Origin: Laetmonice hystrix
Taxonomy: Eukaryota
Direction: 5' to 3'
NCBI GenBank assembly: GCA_965235115.1
Contig: OZ249436.1
Location: 1,924,001-1,988,000 of the forward strand
Length of the DNA stretch: 64,000 bases
Both the position numbers and the translations under genes were made by a program. The notes beneath the pieces are model-generated. The model did no database searches. It was not told the origin of the DNA and saw only the letters and a list, made by a program, of their open reading frames with translations. Shown here in pieces: positions 39,094-49,399 of the stretch. Within the stretch, counting starts at the first letter, position 1; every line of letters begins with the position of its first letter.

Positions 39094-40083
39094 TCCTGGA
39101 GCCTAGAGGCTGCACCGTGCAGACTTATAGTAAGACGACTACCTCTGTATCGTGTAGTGTCAGTGTTACCGCATACATTGGTCGGCCAGAGTGCCGGGAG
39201 AAACGGACGATAACCCGGAGGGGTTGGGTGCAAGAACTGGAGACAGTGTGTGTCTTCTCAAATTACCAACCAACTCGATTCACATGGCACACCCCTTGAG
39301 CCTTTTTCTCTCTCTCTCTCTCTCTCCAGAATCTGAGCACTGTCAAAGTTCTTTTTGAGTTTGTTTTGAAACGTTATGTCACGCGAAGAATATAAATAGC
39401 AACCGTAAATTTTATTCACAATTCAGTACAATCAGTGCTTATTCCAGGATATCTACACGGGGCAAGGTAGGAAGTGAAAGGGTGGAATTCCGCTGCATCC
39501 TCCCGAGATTAGATCTACTCAGATTCTTTGAGTCCAAAGTGAAACCACACGAGTCCAAACTAACTGAGTAACAGGTAACTCAGCATATAATAGATACATA
39601 CGGTACCCGTATTTTCCGGCAGATATTTAAGAGGGCATAGCTGCCTTTTTCCCCAGTAATCTCATTCCATGTATGATTGTCCGGTCTAGTGATTGGACAC
39701 CCGTCAAAGCCTGTGTCTCATATAGTCATACAGTGTCTCATACAGGACTTGTGTAGGCAGCATTCTACGTTTGGCCTGATTAGTCGGTGTGAGGTGTGAA
39801 AACAGCTGGCACCCTACCAGTTATGTGATTCCTGGTGGTTGGTTGTCCTCCCCTGGTGGCACAGGGTGGTAGGTCACCACTAGAGTAGTGTATGGGAGGG
39901 TATTGTATGTATACACCCAGTCTACTTGGCATTGTGGTTGTGTCATACATTAAAGTAGCCCTATAATCGCCGGGCTGGCGGGGGGGGGGGGGTATATATG
40001 GGATTTAGCATCGCTCAGTCCCCCCTAATATAAATACCTTTCATGGAGCCCCATGCATTTAAAGAAAAACACTTGTTCGGGAA

Positions 40084-40189
40084 GTGGCGGTGGCCTAGTG
40101 GGCATGGATGTCGACACCTTATGCTATGCGAATGGGTGCAGTAATCTTGGGGCCGGGGTTCGATTCCTGTAGAGGACTATACAACTTTT
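40084..40189 (+). other. tRNA-derived Pol III-type element (SINE head or tRNA pseudogene)
   Basis: A-box TGGCCTAGTGG 40091-40101, B-box GGTTCGATTCC 40157-40167, TTTT at 40186-40189; no intact cloverleaf. Confidence 0.5.
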
Positions 40190-40276
40190 CTCTTTCCGGA
40201 CATTCTCAAAGTAACCGGGATACGCCTGATGCCCGTGCATTTAAAAAAAATCACTCACAGCGACACCACTGATTTG

Positions 40277-40461
40277 AAATATTATGTTGGTATTTCTTTC
40301 TGACGTCAAGGTCAAATATTATGTTGGTATTTCTTTCCGACGTCAAGGTCAAATATTATGTTGGTATTTCTTTCCGACGTCAAGGTCAAATATTATGTTG
40401 GTATTTCTTTCCGACGTCAAGGTCAAATATTATGTTGGTATTTCTTTCCGACGTCAAGGTC
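40277..40461. repeat. 37-bp repeat, 5 copies
   Basis: Unit AAATATTATGTTGGTATTTCTTTCCGACGTCAAGGTC. Confidence 0.96.
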
Positions 40462-40855
40462 GAGCCATTTGCATCTTTGCGGTTTTAAGTCTCTTCCTTG
40501 AACTTCCGTGTATACACGACCAAAACGTGTCGTCGGTCAGATCAGCTCCACCTCGAAGATATTTAAGGTTCAAACAAATGGGAACTGGTGGGAACTCTCT
40601 AAACCGCCCGTCAAGTTTGGGGATTTTGTGTGTCCCTTCTCCCTGTAGGAAGGACAATGGGGGGACACATTGATGAACGATGCATATCGAACAATATACA
40701 GTAACATATATCTTATAAATTTAGCAATAATTGTATATTTATGATGAAATATGTAACCTGACTTTGTCGGGCTGTATCTTGTTTAGCGGTCGCCAACCCG
40801 CCCGATGCGAGTCAAAAAAGAGTCAAAACATTTGTAAATGTAGGTGTAACTGTCT

Positions 40856-40988
40856 AATATATTATATTCTTGAATCTTATATTGGAGGAATATATTATAT
40901 TCTTGAATCTTATATTGGAGGAATATATTATATTCTTGAATCTTATATTGGAGGAATATATTATATTCTTGAATCTGATATTGGAGGA
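40856..40988. repeat. 33-bp repeat, 4 copies
   Basis: Unit AATATATTATATTCTTGAATCTTATATTGGAGG. Confidence 0.96.
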
Positions 40989-41593
40989 CAGCGGAGTAAA
41001 ACATCACTGATTATAAGCCGTCTTCTTGAAGTTACAACTTTTGGCCAGCTACGTCCTTGGTTCAGTGAGCCAGCAGGTTGGTGTGGATGGTTCCACAGTT
41101 GGCTGAGTGACAGGACAGTCAGATTAGAGAAAAATGTAGGTAATGATAGAAATCCATTGGGGAAATGGGATCCTTCCTGTATTGCTTGGCAATCAGAGTT
41201 TCCAGTTAAACACTGCTGTAGCTTGAGCAGAATTAGGATGTAGGCGGGTTTCCCGAAGGATATTTTTAAGGAGTCGTATTTTTGGCCCCAAATACGATAT
41301 TAGACCTTTCTGGAATTGATCGTATTGAAGTTTTGTCCATTGACACGGAGGTTACCTCTGCCAATTGTAGCCACCTAGTGTCCTATTTGCTAACTAGGAT
41401 CCTGTCTAAGAGCGTTAGCGGGACTTAAGACCACATGTCTATAAATAAATTACTTCAGTGGCCAGTTGTATGGCTCCTCTATCGTAAAGTGCTGAAAGGC
41501 GAAACTACCACTCTAAAAGGGAGCTGTCTCCAGTGTACAGTTAAGCTCAGCATTGGAATATTACATGTGTTTAAATTACCCTGGTGTTCTCAG

Positions 41594-42486
41594 CGACGGC
41601 CCTTCCCTTACATTTAGTCACAAATAGAACCAGCATGAAGCGCGTAATGACCAATACTGACTCAGTCTCAATTATACCCGTTTCACCGATGGCCCTTCCC
41701 TTACATTTAGGACATGGTCACAAATAGAACCAGCATGAAGCGCGTAATGACCAATACTGACTCAGTCTCAATTATACCCGTTTCACCGATGGCCCTTCCC
41801 TAACATTTAGGACATGGTCACAAATAGAACCAGCATGAAGTGCGTAATGACCAACACTGACTCAGTCTCAATAATACCCGTTTCACCGATGGCCCTTCCC
41901 TCACATTTAGGACATGGTCACAAATAGAACCAGCATGAAGTGCGTAATGACCAACACTGACTCGGTCTCAATAATACCTGTTTCACCGATGGCCCTTCCC
42001 TAACATTTAGGACATGGTCACAAATAGAACCAGCATGAAGTGCGTAATGACCAACACTGACTCAGTCTCAATAATACCCGTTTCACCGATGGCCCTTCCC
42101 TAACATTTAGGACATGGTCACAAATAGAACCAGCATGAAGCGCGTAATGACCAATACTGACTCAGTCTCAATAATACCCGTTTCACCGATGGCCCTTCCC
42201 TTACATTTAGGACATGGTCACAAATAGAACCAGCATGAAGCGTGTAATGACCAACACTGACTCAGTCTCAATAATACCCGTTTCACCGATGGCTCTTCCC
42301 TTACATTTAGGACATGGTCACAAATAGAACCAGCATGAAGTGCGTAATGACCAATACTGACTCAGTCTCAATTATACCCGTTTCACCGATGGCTCTTCCC
42401 TTACATTTAGGACATGGTCACAAATAGAACCAGCATGAAGCGCGTAATGACCAACACCGACTCAGTCTCAATAATACCCGTTTCAC
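41594..42486. repeat. 100-bp minisatellite, 9 copies
   Basis: Unit CGATGGCCCTTCCC...AATACCCGTTTCAC. Confidence 0.97.
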
Positions 42487-42724
42487 ACTAGAGTACATAA
42501 AGCGTATCGAAGCGCATTGTAAAATTCGAACTTTTCAGAATGCGGTTTTTTGCGCACTTGAAGTGCACCATGAAGCTAATTCTAGAATTCGCATACCCGA
42601 CGTGAATTACAGAATTCTCTTTGCTTTGTTGCGGTATTTCAGACTAGTGTGAATGGTGTGGATTCTGCAGTACGGTTTGCAGCGGTTCGAAACGGTTCGA
42701 TTCGGTTTGTAGTGTGAATGGGGT
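42476..42724. mobile_element. MITE with PIF/Harbinger-like TIRs
   Basis: ACCCGTTTCACACTA versus TAGTGTGAATGGGGT (13/15 inverted match). Confidence 0.6.
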
Positions 42725-43066
42725 TTGAGGTGTCTCCCAAATACTTGCCTCGCGGGAGAATTTGGTAACTGTTCTGGGGACTTCTCCGTTAAGTTAGTAA
42801 AACGGTTTCCGTCGCCAAGAAGTCCCCAGATATGGGAGGGGGGGGGGGGGGTTCGCGGGGCAATCTTAGCTAGGCAGGGCCACGTTACTTAGTTCATTGC
42901 TCTGATGGTTTCAACCTTGGAATCAGGCAAAAACTAAAGATAGCAATCTTGATTTTAATGAAAAGGCTTAAATCAAAAGGGCAGAGGCGGAGTTTCAACC
43001 TGAAAGGTGCTACATCGTTTTTTTTTACTCTCGGAGGCAGTACTGACTGAGCTTGTTTCAGATACA

Positions 43067-43192
43067 CAGTGGGGGATCCAGGGGGCTAGGGGGCCCCCCC
43101 TTAGATTTCCTTTTTCTTCTTTTTTACAGTCAACCCCCCCCCCTCCCCAATGTAGGTGGGCCCCCCTTATCAAAATCCTGGATCGCCCACTG
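43067..43192. mobile_element. Short hAT-like MITE
   Basis: TIR CAGTGGGGGATCCAG / CTGGATCGCCCACTG (14/15); no clean 8-bp TSD. Confidence 0.65.
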
Positions 43193-43379
43193 ATAGTGAT
43201 ACACCATTGATGTCGTAGAGGTTTCTGATTCTAAGGTTGGTTACCGGGGCACGGTATTTATGTATACCCATAACCCATATATGTATTGATGGAGAAAGGG
43301 TATAAAAGCTCTAACGGCAGCTGAGAAAGACCTGTTTTCACAGTGAATGAATCAATATAAAGAGCTTTGAGACTAATAG

Positions 43380-44380
43380 AACATTGACAGCCAGCAGTCG
43401 AGGTAAAGTAACACAGACAGGATGTTGTAACATTGACAGCTAGCAGTCGAGGTAACACAGACAGGATGTTGTAACATTGACAGCTGGCAGTCGAGGTAAC
43501 ACAGACAGGATGTTGTAACATTGACAGCCAGCAGTCGAGGTAACACAGACAGGATGTTGTAACATTGACAGCCAGTAGTCGAGGTAAAGTAACACAGACA
43601 GGATGTTGTAACATTGACAGCCGGCAGTCGAGGTAACACAGACAGGATGTTGTAACATTGACAGCCAGCAGTCGAGGTAACACAGACAGGATGTTGTAAC
43701 ATTGACAGCCAGCAGTCGAGGTAACACAGACAGGATGTTGTAACATTGACAGCCAGCAGTCGAGGTAACACAGACAGGATGTTGTAACATTGACAGCCAG
43801 CAGTCGAGGTAACACAGACAGGATGTTGTAACATTGACAGCTAGCAGTCGAGGTAACACAGACAGGATGTTGTAACATTGACAGCTAGCAGTCGAGGTAA
43901 AGTAACACAGACAGGATGTTGTAACATTGACAGCCAGTAGTCGAGGTAAAGTAACACAGACAGGATGTTGTAACATTGACAGCCAGAAGTCGAAGTAACA
44001 CAGACAGGATGTTGTAACATTGACAGCCAGTAGTCGAGGTAACACAGACAGGATGTTCTAACATTGACAGCCAGAAGTCGAAGTAAAGTAACATAGACAG
44101 GATGTTGTAACATTGACAGCCAGCAGTCGAGGTAAAGTAACACAGACAGGATGTTGTAACATTGACAGCCAGTAGTCGAGGTAACACAGACAGGATGTTG
44201 TAACATTGACAGCTAGCAGTCGAGGTAACACAGACAGGATGTTGTAACATTGACAGCCAGTAGTCGAGGTAACACAGACAGGATGTTGTAACATTGACAG
44301 CTAGCAGTCGAGGTAACACAGACAGGATGTTGTAACATTGACAGCCAGTAGTCGAGGTAACACAGACAGGATGTTGTAAC
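43380..44380. repeat. 44/49-bp minisatellite, about 22 copies
   Basis: Unit AACATTGACAGCCAGCAGTCGAGGT(AAAGT)AACACAGACAGGATGTTGT. Confidence 0.98.
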
Positions 44381-45004
44381 GACCTCGACTCTGTGTTCTA
44401 CCTACAGCAATGACAAACGTACACGGTTCAGGTTTACAAGATTGGCGCGATGGTACAAGACGGGTTTCCAAGAATCATTGATTTATACCATAATACTTCA
44501 TACAAATAGTTCTTCTTTACAGCAGCTCCAGCTTCTGGTGAAAGCGTCTGTGAAAAAGTTTTTTTTCTGTTCTGGCGATGTGTCAAAGTAAATATCGTAA
44601 GAGGGAATGATTTCAGTGTGGCAGGGTGGTTTAGTAGGTCGAGAAAGTTCAGCCTAGTTGGAGATAATTTGCTATTGTATAATGGCCACCAACTTGGTGA
44701 TACGGGAATACAGTTAAAGGCTCGGGATCGGGAGAGTGAAACAAGTGATAGAATTTTAGTTTTATAATTTGGTAGATATATTATAACGGGAATCTTCCCG
44801 ATTTAGGATAAAGCAAAGACAATGGTTTAAATATAATAAAAAAAAACATATTGAGCCCTCGGCAGTTACTGGCTGGCATTTCTGTAGGATTTACCGATTT
44901 TAAAATACAGATAGGTCATTACAAACCTCAATTCAAGATTGGACGATGGCAGTCATGACCATGATAACTTTGAACAGTTATGTGTTGTGATAAAGTGCAT
45001 GGCG

Positions 45005-46369
45005 TCCATGTTATGGTGGGCAGGGGTTATGTTACCAATGGTGACCATGTTATAGTGGGCAGGGGTTATGTTACCAATGGTGACCATGTTATAGTGGCCA
45101 GGGGTTATGTTACATGGTGACCATGTTATAGTGGGCAGGGGTTATGTTACATGGTGACCATGTTATAGTGGGCAGGGTTTATGTTATATGGTGACCATGT
45201 TATAGTGGGCAGGGGTTATGTTACATGGTGACCATGTTATAGTGGGCAGGGTTTATGTTACATGGTGACCATGTTATAGTGGGCAGGGGTTATGTTACAT
45301 GGTGACCATGTTATAGTAGGCAGGGTTTATGTTACATGGTGACCATGTTATAGTGGGCAGGGGTTATGTTACATGGTGACCGTGTTATAGTGGGCAGGGG
45401 TTATGTTACATGATGACCATGTTATAGTGGGCAGGGGTTATGTTACATGGTGACCATGTTATAGTGGGCAGGGCTTATGTTACATGGTGACCGTGTTATA
45501 GTGGGCAGGGTTTATGTTACATGGTGACCATGTTATAGTGGGCAGGGGTTATGTTACATGGTGACCGTGTTATAGTGGGCAGGGGTTATGTTACATGATG
45601 ACCATGTTATAGTGGGCAGGGGTTATGTTACATGGTGACCATGTTATAGTGGGCAGGGGTTATGTCACATGGTGACCGTGTTATAGTGGGCAGGGGTTAT
45701 GTATGATGACCATGTTATAGACATCGTGGGCAGGGGTTATGTTACATGGTGACAATGTTTGTTATAGTGGGCAGGGGTTATGTTACATGGTGACAGTGTT
45801 ATAGTGGGCAGGGGTTATGTTATATGGTGACCATGTTATAGACATAGTGGGCAGGGGTTATGTTACATGGTGACCGTGTTATAGTGGGCAGGGGTTATGT
45901 TACATGATGACCATGTTATAGTGGGCAGGGGTTATGTTACATGGTGACCATGTTATAGTGGGCAGGGGTTATGTCACATGGTGACCGTGTTATAGTGGGC
46001 AGGGGTTATGTATGATGACCATGTTATAGACATAGTGGGCAGGGGTAATGTTACATGGTGACAATGTTTGTTATAGTGGGCAGGGGTTATGTTACATGGT
46101 GACAATGTTATAGTGGGCAGGGGTTATGTTACATGGTGACCATGTTATAGTGGGCAGGGGTTATGTTACATGGTGACAGTGTTATAGTGGGCAGGGGTTA
46201 TGTTATATGGTGATCATGTTATAGACATAGTGGGCAGGGGTTATGTTGTATGTTGATATTGTTTGTTATAGTGGGCAGGGGTTATGTTACATGGTGACCA
46301 TGTTATAGTGGGCAGGGGTTATGTTACATGGTGACAATGTTTGTTATAGTGGGCAGGGGTTATGTTACC
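45005..46369. repeat. 37-bp minisatellite, about 36 copies
   Basis: Unit CCATGTTATAGTGGGCAGGGGTTATGTTACATGGTGA. Confidence 0.98.
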
Positions 46370-47349
46370 AGGGCACAGGTGGTTTAAACGGTCTCGGCCT
46401 TCAGTTTAATCCCCCCGGGTCGGCTGAGCTCCTGGCGGCCGCCTGGGCACCACTACTGGTATGATCCGCTAGGCTGTGTGTTTGAGCCGTGTGGTGAGGA
46501 GGGAGAAGGTGAGGGGCGGGGGCGGGGGGAGGGGGTCATTACCAGTAAGGTCACCTTGTGGTCGTATAGCCAGGTGGCAATCCCCATGGTACATCTCCAT
46601 GAAGTTCTGTTGTAAGATTCCGTTGTAAAAATCTACCACTATCCCTGCCCTACCCCTCACTTTCTCCCCATACACCCCTAACAAACATATCCCTAATCCT
46701 ATACCTGCCCTTTACCCTGGGGGTTCAACCCATGCTATAGTTTAGGAGAGCTACCATCGCTCGGACAGGTTCATGACATTGAGGAATTCATCCAACGATT
46801 TATGAACAGAAAGGGCCACCTCTTTCTGTTCGTGCATTGTACTAATATGATTAAAGGGAATAGGTTTAAAATTCTGTGATTGAGTTTTTCTCATGCCTTC
46901 CGTTGATGATTAGTGATGTCTCAAGCAGTGAATCAGTTATATGACGTAAACTGAGTGAGCATTTTACTTGTAGGTAATTTCCTGAGGACTATGTCAATCC
47001 TACTATTGCTAAGCTGACTATGACCGTAAAAAGCTCTGCCCTAACGAACTGGGGACTGAGACTTAGAGAATTAAACTGCTGCGACACATACCACATAACA
47101 CGGGTGACTTATGGATGGCTGCGGAAGGAGAGGTACTCTACAAAATTTGATGATAATCACTAAGAATCAAACACAATCCTTGGACCTTATCCCTTAACTT
47201 CCGTCCACAAATATCTCCCCCCCCCCCCATCGACATGATACACACACAAAATCTGATACTCTTCTTGAAGAAGGTGACACAGGCAGTTGTATCGGGTAGC
47301 AAGGCCGGCCAGTAGGTGGCTCTGTTTGCCTGCAGCCTTCCCGGTGTGT

Positions 47350-47612
47350 GGATGGGTGGGTCAGTGGTTCCCACAGAGCTGTGGGTGGCTGGGTGGTTCC
47401 CGCAGAGCTGTGGGTGGCTGGGTGGCTGGGTGGGGGTTTCCCCCAGAGCTGTGGGTGGGTGAGTGGTTCCCGCAGAGCTGTGGGTGGGTGGGTGAGGGTT
47501 TCCCCCAGAGCTGTGGGTGGGTGAGTGGTTCCCGCAGAGCTGTGGGTGGGTGGGTGAGGGTTTCCCACAGAGCTCTGGGTGGCTGGGTGGCTGGGTGGGG
47601 GTTTCCCCCAGA
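47350..47612 (+). repeat. G-rich compound repeat (CAGAGCTGTGGGTGGGTG...)
   Basis: Direct reading; multiple GGG runs. Confidence 0.9.
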
Positions 47613-48589
47613 GATGTGTGTGTTTAGCAGGGTGGGTGAGGGGGCACAGACAGTGTCACCCATACAAATTTAATTTCAACCGTTTGTGCGGGAATACTGT
47701 TCTCAATTCGATTATATTTGAAATTAGATTAACCTTTTATTAGCATGGTTCAGGTCGGATAGCAATGTATTCCTGTGAGAGAATCAAGGGAATGACATTT
47801 TTGCCCAAGATATACATTATTGAGGATTTCTTTACCCGAGAATATTGATTGGATAGAAGTGTCTTTCTCTTCGCAATGGTTGCTCGTCCCCTGTAGTTTC
47901 ACCTTCCATTCTCATGCGTCGGTTTTCATCTTTTATCAATAGTAACCTCTGGTTTCAGCCGACTGTGTTGAAGTAGATTCGTTGCCGTATGGCATTGTGA
48001 TGGGATAAACATATTATTTTATTTCAGACTCAGACATAATTATTTTGACAACTAACTAGTGAAGTGGTTTTTGAAGTACATGTTGTATATGAATATGTAA
48101 ACTGAGTATTTACATATTGAAACCCATCCCTGATAGTGTACCCACCCTGCAAAAATATCAACTGTAAGGGAACAAGACATTTGGAAAACTGATTGTCAGA
48201 CGAGCAGAATTCTCCCTTATAAATATCGTCTGGCTGTGACGAGCGGCAATGTTTATCATGCGCGGGTTGTGAACTTCCGGGGGGTAACATACTCAAACCC
48301 TCATTAGGCTTCCAGGGTTTGGCTAATAAACACTGCCGCTCGTCACAGCTAGACGATATTAGGTTCTGAGGCATGTGTATGGGAAATGTTGAACTTGTGA
48401 TTTACAGAATGATGTGCTTTAATTGTTACAATAATTGAGACATTGTGGTACATGTATATTAATATACTTTAATCTTGTGCTCACCATTGTCATTGTTGTG
48501 ATTTTACCTCATATATATGTAACCCAGTATTAACCTTCTACCTTCCTTCCTTCCTTCCTTCTCTCACTCCTCTCCTGTCCACCTAACAG

Positions 48590-48592
48590 AAG
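48590..48592 (+). CDS. unc-13: Candidate 3-nt alternative microexon (AAG) of unc-13
   Basis: 60-nt AG-free pyrimidine-rich tract, then CTAACAG | AAG | GTAAGA; frame-preserving. No transcript evidence. Confidence 0.35.
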
Positions 48593-48597
48593 GTAAG

Positions 48598-48900
48598 ACA
48601 AGATAATATATCCTTATACAAGATAATATATCCTTATACAAGATAATATATCCTTATACAAGATAATATATCCTTATACAAGATAATATATCTTTATACA
48701 AGATAATATATCCTTATACAAGATAATATATCCTTATACAAGATAATATATCCTTATACAAGATAATATATCCTTATACAAGATAATATATCCTTATACA
48801 AGATAATATATCCTTATACAAGATAATATATCTTTATACAAGATAATATATCTTTATACAAGATAATATATCTTTATACAAGATAATATATCTTTATACA
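48598..48900. repeat. 20-bp minisatellite AGATAATATATCCTTATACA, 15 copies
   Basis: Direct reading; C>T variant enriched in the last units. Confidence 0.98.
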
Positions 48901-49399
48901 AACTGACTTGACACACCAATTGGTAGACACCTAACCTCCGTGTGCCAGGTTCAGATCAATGCTTGCACTCGTTTCACGACCCAGTATAAACATGGCAAAC
49001 CTGGGAAAAAACTGACCAAAAACATTGTGAAGATATGTTCAACTCGGAATATAACCAGTCCCTTTCAAACCATTTGGCTCAGTTTTCTTAACGCCAGTTA
49101 CAAGATATGTTTGACCGAAGATGAAAAGATTTTAAAAGATGTATTGGTAGACTGCGTAACTATAAATTTTAGTTTGTTTGTTCATGTATTGTAGCCATGT
49201 TTTCCCGCAGGGGATAAATACTGATTTGAGTGCAGGCACCGGGAAAAAAATTGACTTTGGCACTGCACGCATGCCTTTACATTATACCTTCATCACATTG
49301 AACTGGATCGAATATAATCGTCTTCAGATTTTAAAGTGCTCAGAAAGACCATGCTGCAATTCGGCCTAGATTTGATGTGTGAATTTCAAAGAGGGGATG

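Noticed and set aside
35917..39233. Long ORFs on both strands with 30-aa repeats
   Set aside because: 90-bp minisatellite, open on both strands and repeatedly frameshifted by 2-bp insertions.
39330..39466. Possible 137-nt poison exon in intron 2 (CT tract + CAG ... AAG|GTAGGA)
   Set aside because: The acceptor is a by-product of a (CT)n tract, there is an early stop, and nothing else supports it; it would need RNA-seq.
43258..44319. Cys-rich minus-strand ORFs resembling metallothionein or keratin-associated proteins
   Set aside because: Derived from the 44/49-bp array cycling through frames.
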